The notes under the pieces were generated by a model. It did not search any database. It saw nothing but the letters and a program-made list of their open reading frames with translations, and was not told the origin of the DNA. 59,483 nt of DNA, from positions 1 to 59,483 of the forward strand of contig ADNK01000580.1 in assembly GCA_000320545.1 (NCBI GenBank), in the 5' to 3' direction. Positions 45,754-59,483 of this stretch are shown in pieces (the first letter of the stretch is position 1; each line of letters begins with the position of its first letter). This stretch comes from Bigelowiella natans CCMP2755 (taxonomy: Eukaryota; Protista; Cercozoa). The translations under genes were made by a program, and so were the position numbers.

Positions 45754-48700
45754 GTGTGTGTGTGTGTGTGTGTATGTGTGTGTGTACGTGTTAAAAGGGA
45801 CAGAGGAAAAGATAGAGGTGAGAGAATTCTAGGCATACTTTGAAAAAGGGGTTACAAGAATTTCTTTTTGGAAACCTCCTTTCTCTCTCTCTCTCTCTCT
45901 CTCTTCATCTCTCAATATTTCTATCTTCATTGTTGACTGCATTTTATCTTACTCAGAGCTAGTAGCTGCAGGTTGTTAGGTTCATCATACATTCGTATTG
46001 AAATAAGCATACATACATACATTTGCGTCTAGGAAGGAGTGATATATTCTGAATTGTAGAAATAATAGTAGTTATTATTACTGCACACCCTGTCGGGATC
46101 TAATGCCAAAACTACATCCTGCGCTGCCTGGACAATACCACTACGATGCTTAAGTTTGTCCTTTTTCTTTTTCTTTTTCTTCTTCTGCATTATTCTTTTG
46201 TTGCCTCCTCCTCCTCCTCCTCCTGCTGCTGCTGCTGCTGCCACCTTGTCGTCATAATAGCTTCCAACCCCCCCCCTCTGAATATCATTACTACCACCGT
46301 TGCTGCCACCATCAACGACATCATCATCATCTCCAGTAAAATCATTATGATCATCATTATCATCATTATCGCCCTTCTTCTTCTTCTTCTTCTTCTCGTT
46401 GTTGCTATCTCCAGCAGCAGCTGCAGAAGTAAAATAATGATGATCATCTAGAATAAGGTGGAGGGCCACTTGTCCTTTAGCCATTGAGGAAACAGACACA
46501 CATGCGATGAGACCGTAAGGAACACACAAATCTACTCTGAAGCAATCATTCGTTGAGGAAAAAGGAGATGGAAAGGAGGAGGAAGAGGTAGGAGAGAACG
46601 CTTGCGCTGGCTTTTCCTCGATCTCATTGCAATTTATCCCACCCTCTTCTTCTTCTTCTTCTTCTTCTTTCTCTGCTGGTAGCACTACTGTAGCTTCCTG
46701 GTTGTCCTTGTGTTCTTCCACCACCACCATCTTTTTTATCGTCGTCATCATCATCACCCTCTCCTTCTCCTTCCTCCTCCTCATCCTCCTCCTCCTCCTC
46801 CTCCTCAAGCACACTAGGCATGTTGACGAAAGTACAAGAAATGCCGTAGTGTTGTTGTGATCTCTATACAAAGAAGATTTACTGCCCTGCTCTTTGTCTC
46901 CGTCCTCATCCTCGTCCTCACCATTATTTTCATCATCATCATCATCATCATCATCATCGTCGTCCTGATGGTTTTGATAGAGGACATCCGCTCCTCCAGC
47001 CAGAATCTCAACCTTCCCACTCCATTCAATCACTTGCTGCTTTTCCTTTTCCTCATTGTCGACAAGATCCCCATCATCATTGCCTGTTCTTCTTACTGTC
47101 ATTATCCGCCTTATCATAGTAGCATAGTTGCTGTTGTTGTTGTTATTGAGACCAAGTTTATCGCAAGAGGGTGACAAGATTCTTCGTGATTTTGCTTGAG
47201 CAGTCATGATTGTCCTTTTAAGGCTCTCAAGAGTACTGGGGGATGGAATCTCCTCCTCTTGCTCCTGCCCACATTCTTCTTCTTCTTCTTCTTTTCCCAT
47301 TGTTGACAGAGTAGGTGCTGCCGGTGTTGGTATTATTATGCTTCCCTTCTTTCTTCCGCCATCTTCAATAGTTTCTCTTTTTTTTTGGTCGTCTTCTTCT
47401 CCATCATGTTTATGTTCTCCTTCTCCATCCTTTTGTTTTTCTTTCTTATCAAAGAAAGCTACCTCCTTGTTAATACTACTACTAGTAGTAGTAGTAGGAG
47501 GAGGAGGAGCAGAAGAGGGCCCTGCTGATGCTTCAACAGCTTTAGTAATAATAACATCATCATCATCATCCATCTTGGTAATAATGACTTTATTGTCAAT
47601 GGTGTCTTCTTCTTGATACTTCTCGTTGTCCTCACAATTTGGATTACTGCTGCTGCTGCTGCTGCTTCTGTCTTCGATTGTCTTGTTGTTGTCTAGTTTT
47701 CTAGTATCCTCCCCCCCTCCTCCTTTAGTACTACCATCGCTATGGGTTGGACTGATAATTGTGTTGACGTGGAAGTTGTCATCGGAATCAAAAACCTAAA
47801 AGAAAGAAATAAAGAAAGAATTATTCTACGGCTTTATTGTCATCTTCGTCATCGTATTTCTATTATTATTATTATTATTATTCTTATTATTATTGTTATT
47901 ATTATAACTATCAATGACACAAACTCGTCGTATACCACCCACCATTGTCATCATCATCACACATACTAACAAGCAGCTGCCTTAGCCAAAGCTGATCCAT
48001 GTTTTTTTGCATAGTTTATGATGTATCACGTTGAGTTGTCGCTGTGTCCGCTGCTCAACATTTTCCTCCTCCTCCTCCTCCTCCTCCTCCTCCTCCTCCT
48101 CCTCCTCCTCCCTTTCCCCCTCCTCCTCCTGCTGCTGCTGCTGCCCCTCCTCGTTAGTAATGTTAATTTTTCCAATGCTGTTGCTGCTGCGAAGATGCAC
48201 ATCATGATGATCATCATCCATGAGATTGTTTCTCTTCTTCTTCTTCTTCTTATTCTTCTTGTCATAGAGAATAATGGTGTCCCTCCTGGAGTGCGACGCT
48301 TTTGTCCTTAGAGTATGCTGCCGCTGCTGCGGCAAAGAAGAAGAAAAAGAAGAAAGAGTAGTAGAAGTAGTAGTAGTTGTAGTCCTACAGCGAGGAGGTG
48401 CAAGCGCAAGCAGACCTTCAACGTCTTTAGTGACAGTACCATCATCGCCAACTCCCCCTTCTCCATCTCCGACGTTTCTCTTCTTCGTTTCCTCTTTCTC
48501 TTTCCTTTCTCCACCTCCATCTTTTACCTCCCACTCTCTGGAAGAAGAAGAAAAAGAAGAAAAACAAGGCGGGATCTGGGTAATTCCAGACGTGGAACAT
48601 CCTGTCCCTCCTCCTCCTCCTCCTCCTCCTCCTCCTCCTCCTCTGTTCCTTCTAGAAAACCTAATTACACCGACGACAACAATCGAGGTATTGGAGTAGT

Positions 48701-49414
48701 AAAAGGAGAGAATCTAGCATGAGATTACAACCTCGTCCATTGTTACATATGATTAGTTCTATCTCTAAAGACACTATTCCTCTTCCTCCTCGTATTCAAA
48801 CAAGAAAAAGGTGCAGGATTTTTTCATGAATCAATGGGGTACTACAACAACAACAACAACTACTACTACTACTACGAATTCGTTTGTGAGAAGTTATTCA
48901 TATCTCTATTATGTGTTTTTTTCAAGTAATATAGTATGCATCATGTGTACTGCATCCTATCATAACTAGCTTGCTAGCAAGGTAAAAGTTGCAAGAAGAA
49001 GAAAGAGGAGGAGGAGGAGGAGGCAGAGGGAATCTACAAGAAAGTTTTAATGGTCGTAATTAAATAGTAGCAGAGGGAATCTACTGGAAAATGTAAATAG
49101 TCGTAATTAAATAGCAGGAAGAAGAAGCAGAGGGAATCCACTAGAAAATGTTAATAGTCGTAATTAAATAGTAGCAGTGTTGTTTGTTCTTTCGTTCTTT
49201 GACTCTGTATTCATTTTTCCTACCTCGGTGTTGGTACTTCAGAAAGACTGAGTTTCTGTTTCCCCCCTCCCTCTCTATTCTCCTCCTCCTTTTATGATAA
49301 TGATGAAGATGATGATAAATATGCGATGGATGGATATAAATTATTCCAAATTGATAGTAAGAAAGGTAGATAGGCATAGGCATACGCATAGCTGCTATAG
49401 GCGTAGACAGGTGC

Positions 49415-49449
<35 letters not shown>

Positions 49450-52400
49450 ATTTCGAACAAGATACTACTGCTCTCACTCTTACAACCCCCCCTCTTCTTC
49501 CTCCTCTTGTTATTTCTGTTGATGGCGGTGGTGATTGCGATGATAATGATTTTGAAGATGGAGGAGGGGGAGAGAGAGGAAGAGAAGGAGGCTGCATTGG
49601 TGCTATCCTTGATGCTGCTGTTCCAACATTTTCTTCTTCTTTATTTGTCCAGGAAGGAGAGGGAGGGCCAGGGCTGTTGTTGTTGTTGTCGTTGTTGTTG
49701 TCGTTGTTGTTGTCGTAGAATGTTTCTAAACTACGTGGTACATCGAGCAGAATCTGATTGAGGCGGCGGGTGACCCTTTTTACCTTCTTCTTCTCTATAA
49801 TATGACCATCACCTAATACTACTACTGGGCTCTGCTGCTGCTGCTGCTGTATGTTTGGTATGATGAAGAATAATAATAATCAATTAAGAAAGAACATAGT
49901 TATAGATAGATAGATAACAATGTGCGTATGTTCTTTGCGAAATTACTAATATATAGCATATGGTGATGTATGTGGTGTATGCGGTGATGGATGACAATAG
50001 TACTAAGCTGCATATACAACTATTTCTACTACTACCACTACTACCTCTAGGGTTAAATTCCCTGAAGAAGAAGAAGAAGAAGAAGAAGAAGAAGAAGAGG
50101 TAGTCATCATCATCATCGGCATAATGTCTTCTATCCTTCTTAGACGGGAAAAAAGACCATCACGTTGGGCCTTCAAGACTTGAATACGAGCAATGGTTCT
50201 TCCTTGATCTGATATTCTTCTTTGTAAATCTATCTCCGCCAGATTCATCATTGTTGCTAACTCATGTCGTTGAGATTCCAATACTGCATTTCGGCTGCTC
50301 TCATACTGGTATCTTGATGATGATGATGATGATGATGATCATAGCGAGAAATAAAGAATAAACAACAACAGATAAATCTATCAATCCTCTGGTGTGTGCA
50401 TGATGATACGAATCATGAACATCAGATGAAAAGGCAATATAAAAAATTATATGACGAGAGAATAGATTCAAGAGCCACCAGAATATGAGTGTCATGACAT
50501 CATCATGATCATCATGATCATCATCATGATCATCATACTCGTTGCTGCTAAGTGAGCTTGGAGAGTGTGGCGGCACACAGTAATATGGGGCTTGCGATGC
50601 ATTCTCCAACCCCTCCTTTGCTACTGGTTCTGCCCCTGGTTTAATGTTGCTACTACTGTTAACATCCATACTTCTGCTGCTGCTGCTGCCAGTAGTAGTA
50701 GTACCACTGCTGCCTTTGGTGTACCTGCTGTCCGTCCTCATCTTCTGATTCGTAGAAGCACCTTTTTCCCTTACTCCTCCTCCATATGATCCTGATCCTT
50801 GTAATTTTGTTGGTGTTCTACTATCATTATCCAAGTGCTGCTCTCGCACTCTCAATTCATCACAGCTTCGATCATCATACTCATCAACGAAGAAGCGTCT
50901 GTCGTCATTTTGATAACGAGGATGCTCTCGTTTCGCTTCCTGCTCTTCCTCCTCCTTCTTCCCCCCCTCATCATCCCCCCCCCCCCCTTCCTCTTCTTTT
51001 TCTTTTTCTTCTCCCTCTTTCGAGGATACTGTTCGTCCATTCCCTCCTCCTTGATCTGCTCCTAAATCTGGAAATACAGCAGCAATTCTTTTTCTTCTTC
51101 TTCTTACCCTGTTGTATTCGTCGTCATCACCCTCCTCCTCCTCCTCCTCCTTCTTCTTCCCCCCTGCTTTGCATCGAGTAAAGTAGGGCGAGTGACCGGG
51201 AGTTCCGCTCGGAGGAAGAAGTAGCGAATGATGATAATAATTTGAAGATGAAGTTTCGATTCCTTCGCCTCTTATATTTCTTCCTCTCCATGTTGTTGTT
51301 GTTGTTGTCGTAGCCGACATAGCGACCTCGTTACTACTACGAGTACTACCACTAGTACTTTGTGAATATATGATAGCTTGTGCCTTACTCAGGAGCTTCT
51401 TGTCCTTATAGATATAACGAACAATCCTTGAAAATATGAATGAAAAGAGGAGGAGAAGAAGTAAGTTAATTGTCAATAAGTAGTAGCATTATCACCAACC
51501 TATGATTGAAACAATGAACAACAACACCAACAGAATAATACTACTGCTACATATGCTACGAATACCTATGAGTACATTCGGAGTGATATAATAATAAGCA
51601 ATATTAAAACCATATATAAACGTTCTGTAGAAGAGCAAAACTTTTGTTTGATATATACTATCAATATTTCCAATATTGCCCCTTATCATCACCACAATGT
51701 ATAATGTATTATTTTTCCTATTGTAGTGGATAGATAGATAATACCACAACGAGAATTCGTAGTTATCCTGAAATTTTCCATTGGCAAGTTTCTTCACTAA
51801 CAAGTGCAATCAAATGATTCCTTCCATTGTAACAATATACTTAAACTCTTTAGACTGACTGACTGAAAGGGTACGATAGTTTGGCTATTGTATAAGGGAA
51901 AGAAAACAGATAGACAAACTCACTAAACACACATCATGTAGCTCCTCTAGCACCATATCAGTGTACATCGCTCATCGTTGCTTATGAAATACATCATTTC
52001 ATTTCTTTTCTTACTTGGAACTTGACGAGGAATATGGAGTCGGTGAAATGCTTCATCAAGGATTGCTAAGTTTTGAAGCTGATGATGAAAATAATAATAT
52101 AATAGTTGTAAATGCTTCATCAAGGATTGCCAAGTTTTGAAGTTGATGATGAAGGAAATAACTATAATATTGATAATAATAATAGTAATAATAATAGTAC
52201 TATTAATCACGTTTAACAAAACAATATTGCTTGAATTCCGTACACGCCAAAGACATAGATCGTCATGCAAACTCGAGAGTACAACAACAACAACAACTAC
52301 TACTACTACTACTACCACTACCACTTCCACTAACTCAATCTTACTTACATTATGTGAACTGTACTTTGCCTTCAAATTTAATTTCCTCGTTGTAACACTT

Positions 52401-53164
52401 CCAGGAAAAAGCTGAATTAGGATGCAACAATGAATAAGAAAGCATATATTGGAACTCGTAATTAATAGATGAACGTGAATAAGTTGTAACTGGACAAATG
52501 ATAACTCAAGCAATATCTGCGATTATCATTATAAAATAATACTTAATTGTTGCTTTAAACTCCTACCACCACCATTACTACTAGTACTACTACTACTTCT
52601 ACAAAATGACTTACTAATTACTGGTGCGGTGCAAGTAAGTGAATTCACCTTGGCGAAAATGCGACAGTAAGCAATTCCATCACTAAGATGCTCTATCTTC
52701 AGATAATCTGACTGGTAATGATTTTGGAGAGGTGCGGAGGAAGTACGAATTAAGGACAGAATCAGCAAGCGGGATATTTTTTATAAGAACTGAGGCAATG
52801 AATAATGCACGCGTATTAATCAAATTAACGGTTACGATCTCCTTTTTATCCAACCAATTTTGTCGTCGTTTATTAGGATTCCACCTCATCCTCCTCCCTC
52901 ACTAGCGATTAGACCGCTACCTTAAGGAAGTTGTTTATCCAGTCAAGTAGTTCCATCCTACAAACATTTAGCACTTCTACTCACAAATAAAATTGAGCAG
53001 GCCTATAATATCTTGTGCGTGCTTATTTTGATAACTGCAACGTAATACGAAAACCACCTTCCGGTCGGCGGAGATCTGTTCTCCAATATTCCTGCATTTA
53101 CTTCTCTCCCACCTCCTCCCATTGACGGGACGACGTGTTGTTGTGAAGATGGAGATTCCGCCAT
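45214..53164 (-). CDS. Very long EB1/MAPRE-like protein (CH domain, EBH-like coiled coil, low-complexity tail, possible PH-like C-terminus); multi-exon
   Basis: Exons read MAESPSS...PPTGR|MELLDWINNFLK|SDYLKIEHLSDGIAYCRIFAK|LFPGSV...|NLAILDEAFHRLHIPRQVP|VKKLANGKFQDNYEF, an EB1-type CH domain. QRDGLFSRLRRIE (~50130-50170) resembles EB1 ERDFYF.KLR.IE. Linkage of the downstream exons is inferred. Confidence 0.72.
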
Positions 53165-53887
53165 CCCCACCAATCGAATACCGCAATGGCCAAATATATA
53201 GCAGCTTTCCCCGTTTTTCCTTGCTTTGTAGTCTTCTTCTTCTTAATTATCGTCTGTTTTCACTTGTTAAAGTTTTCAAACACAAGACATACACCAACAA
53301 GCAACACGTAGAAATTCTTAATTTTCTTTTTAATTATTTCCGTGTTTTCCTCGGTCGCGAGTAGAACAGAGATCGGCAAACAGATGTTGATCAGTGGGAA
53401 TAGCGATGAGATGTGCGCCAATTAACAAATGACTCATTAATCATGAATTGACATTTGATTCTATTCATAAATATAAAATGAACCATTCTGTGTTGTAATA
53501 AATGGGCTCTGTAAAACTACCTCAACAGAATAATTGCTCTGATCTGGGCAAAACGAGAGGGGGGTGAAGCGTTGTTACTACTTACTACAACCTACTGCTA
53601 TTCCTACAGAGGGGAGGGACCTCAAGCACGAAGGAGCAGTGATGATAAGTTGGAAGGAAAAGGAACAATTAAACAAAAAGTTACACAGCCATAATACACA
53701 GATATAGGCAATAATAAATACCAAATACATCGACTAATAGTAGTTGGATAAGTGATAGAACACTACTTATTTTGTTACGAACTACATACTACTTCCCAGA
53801 TCTAGGAAACAATAATAACAACCACATACGTCTAATTAGGAATAATAATGAGTTATATTTTATCCTAGTCCCTGGGTAGATCTTGAT

Positions 53888-54015
<128 letters not shown>

Positions 54016-54105
54016 GTGTTACATCCCTAGGAAACTATGTAATAATTACTGTAGGTCTAGTAGTAGGTCTAGTAGTAGTAGTGTAGTAGTAGTAGTAGTA
54101 GGAAA

Positions 54106-54142
<37 letters not shown>

Positions 54143-54177
54143 TCCTGACAAAATCTGATAACAACAACAATACGACA

Positions 54178-54221
<44 letters not shown>

Positions 54222-54556
54222 ACACTCACACACGCACAGACCGCTGCTGCTGCTGCTGGAAAAGAGCGAGTAGGGAGATACATCAATCCTCATTTTGTAC
54301 TAGTGACATTATCGCTCAAGAACAGCAACTCAGCTGGTGGCTCCTCTCAGCCTGTTTTTCATTGGTAGACCCAGTTTTAGCCTTCCAACTTAGGGGTGCC
54401 AAAAGACTCAGGCAATTGAACAAGCAGAACGTGAACAAAATTTTCTTCACGCAATAAGCAAAATGTCCTGAGCCAGCACAAAAATCTTCTTGTGGTTAAA
54501 TGACTGAGAGTTGAGTGATTCAATATCTTCTTCTTGTGAGGAGGTTCTGTACACAT

Positions 54557-55985
54557 ATGAATCAAAATATTGTTCCACCATCGTCGCGATCAAATGATAA
54601 ACCGCAAGCTGATGCAGGTGGCAGTAGCGATGCTTCTATACATTCCTCTTCTTTCGCCAACAATATAGTGGGGCATTCTTCGCTATATTTCTCGAGGTCT
54701 TCAGCTGAAATTAACCACGTGATGACGACGACTGTTCCAAGACATAGCAGTTTACAAGTCGGGCAGTCATCATCGTCATCATTATCATTGGCAGCAGCAT
54801 CAACAGAAATTAATAGGCGTCGTGACACTAATGGCGATGATGCTTACTATAGTCGATATGGTGTCCAAGATAGTTCAGCTACTTCTGCCCCCCCCTCCCC
54901 CTCCCCCCCCCCCTCATCCACGAAAGCTTTTCTATTGTCTCCAATAAGAGAACCAAACAACCGTGGCATCATCCTAAAACAGCTTCCAGAGGCTTTGAGC
55001 GAAGGTTTCCGTGCAGGGGTTAGTGGCGGGGCTGCAATGTGTGCACAGATTACCACGTTCATGTGGCTGCACACCATTATGCGCTACCAATTTCGCCATG
55101 GGTCAGGGGTTCTAGATACGATTAAAGCTCTCTACCATGATGGAGGTTGTAGATCTTCTCACTAATATAACTAATAATGAATGATGACTCATGCATGATG
55201 ATCAAATTTAGCTGTGAATGACGACATTAATTGAGGATAAGATAGAGGTAATATTATCATCATCACCATCACCATCATTTTGCACATATTAATGGTTCTT
55301 AGGTTTTCTGCGATTTTATCGTGGATATGGTTTTGCCATAATGTATGCCCCATTGATTCGTGGTGGAAGCACGGCTTCAAATCAGGCTTCACTCACATTC
55401 CTAGAGTCTATCAATAGTGATATTCCTTTATGGATTAAAACCCTCACGTCTGCCTCGTGTGCTGCATTGTGGAAAGTTACTTTCACACCTCTGGACATGA
55501 TGCAGACGACTTTGCAGGTTGGGGGCTCTGTGGGTCAAAAAGACGTGGCCAATAAGATTAAAAAGCACGGCCTAACAATTCTCTGGCACGGAAGTTCGGC
55601 TCTCTATGTTTCAGCACTCGTAGGGAATTTCTCTTGGTTTGCAGTGTACAATTCTTTGAATCGTAGCTGGTCTAATCACGACACTCTAAAAATGCAAACA
55701 CTGAGAGATGGCTCCATAGGCGTTCTTTCCACATTGACATCCGATGTGTCCACCAACTTTCTGGAAGTTCTTAAGACACATCGCCAAACCACCCGGAACA
55801 GTGTTGGTTATGTTCAAGCACTTTCAGAGATAGTAGGATCAGATGGACTTGTTGGTTTGGTTACAAGGGGTTTAAAAGTCCGTCTCCTCACCAATTGTTG
55901 TCAGGGTGCATTTTTCACCATCGTTTGGGGAAAGATTCAACGACGGTGTTTCCCACTACATCTGAAGCCAACCACATCGGAATGA
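54557..55985 (+). CDS. Mitochondrial carrier family protein (exons 54557-55145, 55303-55985)
   Basis: GVSGGAAMCAQITTFMWLHTIMRYQFRHG; the in-frame splice gives DGGFLRFYRG. Carrier signatures PLDMMQTTLQ and LEVLKTHRQ, plus GLVTRGLKVRLL. Confidence 0.85.
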
Positions 55986-56269
55986 TGACAGAGTCTATGC
56001 CATTTTGCCGTCAGTACCAAATAAGACACCACGATGTATTATCGTACAATGTCGCGGTAGGACAATACACATGATCTTTAAGTTGTCTTATGAGGGGTGC
56101 AAGATTACTATTACTAGGAGCGACCTTAGGTACATAATTAACAATGCTTCAATCGTTTCATCACTACTTTTGAGATGTCTTCTATCGAAGCTAGGCTGCA
56201 TAGCCAAGGATGAGCCTCTGAAAGAGCTTTGAGTGGCTAGCAGTGCCATCATCGCGCGTACTATGTCCT

Positions 56270-57775
56270 GTCTATATTGTGCGCGCACTGATCAGCTAGA
56301 CCATGCGCACTGTGGGTGACACGAAGACGGATTGATGATGGCTGCGCACGATTGCAATATATAGCAACAATGCAATGGACACAGCATGTGTTGTGCTACA
56401 CGCAAAAGTGTAGCAGTGCACACACTTTTTTGTGATGTAGGGATTGCAATGTGCCCCTTTGTTGCCTCACAATAGAATCTGCATTGCACATTGTACACCA
56501 GCCTAGGACATCGCTACAAGCGCGTGGACATGCGACAGAAGACAATGGACAAACCAAATGCATGTGCATATGTGGGATCGACGTGTGCAAACAGTGTCCA
56601 TGGTCATGCATGCACTTCGAACTTTCTCACACAGACACGAATGGGCAAGTTGCCACCGCTAGACTGGTGCTCACTTGCCCCATCAACCACTTTGCTTTGC
56701 AATTGATGCACAGCATTTGGTGAAGCTGCTGCAAAGTCCATGCAAGCTCGCCATCGGACATGGCGTTCGTTCGCACGAACTTTGTGAAAACGAAATGCAA
56801 GCTGCATCTGTCAGCATCGATGGAGTTCCATGGCTCAGCAGCTGCAGCACGGCTAGACGGGTTGTGCGTGCGTACACCGCTGCGCACTCGCAGGGGGGCC
56901 AACTGTGCCGGCGAATTGCGGCGGGCCCAGGCCACGTGTCAGACGTCCTCACTGGACAGGCGTGCACAAGGCGGCAGGCCATTGCCATGCACATCAACTG
57001 ACAGACATCCACAGCCAAGGTCCAGAGAGGTGTGTGCACGTCTGTCATCGCATCGATCATTCCACGTCAGGCAGTGCGCGTGCTGCTGGACAAGACGGGG
57101 CAAAACAGTGCGTCTGGGCGTGCTTGCCAGCTTGCGATGTGTGCGTGCAGCGCGCTGCACTGATGCACACAACAAACAGTGGACAAATCGATCGCACGTG
57201 CCAGCGTGCAAGTCATTCACTGCAACAGCATCACAGTGTGCAGTGTGGACGCGCGGCGGAGAGTTGTTTTTTGGCACTTGCAAAACCAAACTTTGCACTT
57301 CGCGTCGAATCTCAAGCCGCACTTGCACCAAAACAAACGCAGGTGCACCCACTCCAAGCACTGCTGTGCGTTGAGTGAATGGCTGAACTGCAGAACGAAC
57401 GAGTGAAGTGATTCCCGTGTCGGTTGTCAATTGGGTGAGTTCTGGAGTGAGTGAGTGGATGGTGTCATGGACGTTGCAACAAGGTGCACACTTGCAGCCA
57501 CTGGCAACACTGGAACACAGCTGGACAGCAAGCCGCCGAAAAAGTGGTCACTGTGACGTCCAGAGCGCTTGAACTTGTTCGTCGGCCGTCGATCGTGAGT
57601 GAGTGAAAGGTTCTGGGTTTGCTCACTCGACACTTCCAATCTAGCAATGGTCGATGAACGAGCGAAACGAAGCCGGTTTCATGGAAACAATTGAAAGGAT
57701 CGTGCGTCATGCTGACCGCGTCACCCGCTCCCAAAGAAAAAACAAACAAGAACTCCACGTGAACGACCAGCACGC
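56270..57775. repeat. TpA-erased degenerate repeat tract (tract G)
   Basis: TA fades across 56270-56570. Only one TA (CTAG, ~57641) is seen in 56875-57775. Shares gtgtccatggtcatgcat with tract D and gagtgaatggctga with tract B. Confidence 0.88.
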
Positions 57776-59483
57776 TGTAGCGCGTACCACTACGCGGGCA
57801 CAAGTCACGTGCGACAACAAAGGGGTTGTCGCGGATATAGAATATAGATAACGTAGATATTAATACAGCATAGGCACGTGGGTTCCGGCGGGACTCATGG
57901 CAGCACACCGGAAGTGTGCTGCCCCACGTGCGGCGGCATTCGCGAAAGCTTCGCGAATGATTACGCAGTGCACGATTTAATAAAAATATAATCTTTAATA
58001 AAAATAAACACAACTCTTCAAAAGGAAGCAAACGTGCCTTTCCCCCCCCCTGCCTACTTGTGCACGTAGCGCCTCGGCCTGTGAACACCTTACGCGCAAC
58101 AACCTTTGGCTTCCACACACGGGAAACGATTTGACTAACAATGTCACAGCAGCTAGAAGAACAGCAGGACTTTGGCTCGCAGGCCGTGCAAGGGCACGAG
58201 CAGAAACAGGAAAGGAAGGGCGATACGGACGCTAAGGAAGGAGGAGGAACACCTCCACAGGCACCGCCGGGACCAGCACCCGGGATTAAGAAAGCAGATG
58301 CAGCAGCAGAGGCACTGGAGAACTTCTACGAGGCGGACGACGAGGACGTGGCCGCCGAAAGCAAGAAGGTCGTAATGGCATTACGAGCCTTGCGACCCAG
58401 GGCGAGCAACTACGCCAAACTGAAAGTATCGATAGAATACAAGTATCAGACACATGATGTTTGGGCAGCTATCATGCAGGACATCATCGATTACGAAGCA
58501 GACTTACCTCCAGAGTGGGCAGCTTTGTTTAGGAACGACGGGGGTCTGGGCGCCTCGCGGGGGACGACCCAGAGCACCGTCAAGCAGCAGCAGCCGGTAC
58601 AGCGGAACACCCAGTTCATGTCTGTTAAAACAGCACCGGTTATGATAACGAAATACAACGGGAAAAGAGGTGAGGCAAGGAGGTGGTGGAAGAACGCTAG
58701 GAGTATACTCTGCGACTTTACCCCTAACCCCACCGAAAACGACAAGCTCAAATGGCTAGCTATAATAAAGCAAGCCATGGACCTTTACGAGACAGGCAGG
58801 ACCCGGATCAGGCAGCTAGAGAAAATACACACTACAGTTAGTGGGCTACGAGACGTTGAGGCGATAATGAAGGCTTTTGTAAATGAACAGGATGCTAACT
58901 CCCTACCCCAGGCTATTAGAAAATACAGAGCAATGATGCAACATTAATGACGAAGACGCTAACAGGACTATCAAAGTTGCTATGACCAAGGTTAAAGTTA
59001 AAGACAGCTACGGAGACTACAAGAAACTACCTGCCCTTTGGGATAGTGGCAGCATGCCGAAGTCCTTCATAAGCCTAAGCACAGTAAGAAGGTTAGGACT
59101 ATTGGATCAAGTGACTAAGAAAGAACGTAAATATGCTCAAGCAGACGGAAGCTCTTCCATGAAGACCGTCGGTGAGCTAATGCTAAAGCTACAGATACCT
59201 GGCAGCGACGCGGAGACCCAAATCAAGACCCGAGTAGCCATGACTTTATCCATGGAACTACTCCTCGGACAGGATGCCCTAGAAAAATTAGGGGGGATCA
59301 TATCATTCTACAATCACAAGATATACTTTGCTAAGTTGCCAAAGAAGTCAGGCAGGACCATCAGCCAGAACATGATACGGCTTGACGAGTGGACCTCTGA
59401 GTCAAGCGTTAATGCGTTAGAGTTTATGGACCTAGCGGACAACAAGCTACCTACACCTACCGAGCTACGGAAGAAGAACCCCG
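57776..59483 (+). mobile_element. LTR retrotransposon copy 3 (internally deleted, runs off window)
   Basis: LTR 57776-58101, PBS, gag from 58141. The junction at 58936-58940 joins copy-1 position 15624 to 16277. Confidence 0.95.

Overview
Intron-containing eukaryotic (protist/algal) DNA with microsatellite-rich introns. Bipartite signal+transit leaders on two plastid-type proteins suggest an alga with a secondary plastid, possibly a chlorarachniophyte (inference only). Recognisable host genes: TEX30/KANSL3-like alpha/beta hydrolase (-), L51/S25/CI-B8 mitoribosomal protein (+), GDP-mannose 3,5-epimerase (+), plastid bestrophin-like channel (+), plastid pyruvate dehydrogenase E2 (+), a very long EB1-like protein (-) and a mitochondrial carrier (+). 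There are three near-identical copies of a young Ty3/gypsy-type LTR retrotransposon with 326-bp LTRs: 14460-20174 (+), 31366-37122 (-) and 57776-end (+). Two linked signals stand out. (1) Seven intergenic, repeat-derived tracts have lost most or nearly all TpA (none in 8455-9746), the survivors are mostly CTAG, and paralogous repeats differ by TA/TG/CA swaps. This looks like a regional A-to-G 'reverse-RIP' hypermutation at TpA. (2) The retrotransposon, which is TpA-rich and sits inside such tracts in all three cases, ends its integrase with a degenerate DIRS/Dam-type N6-adenine methyltransferase-like domain where chromoviruses carry a chromodomain. All counts and alignments were made by eye.
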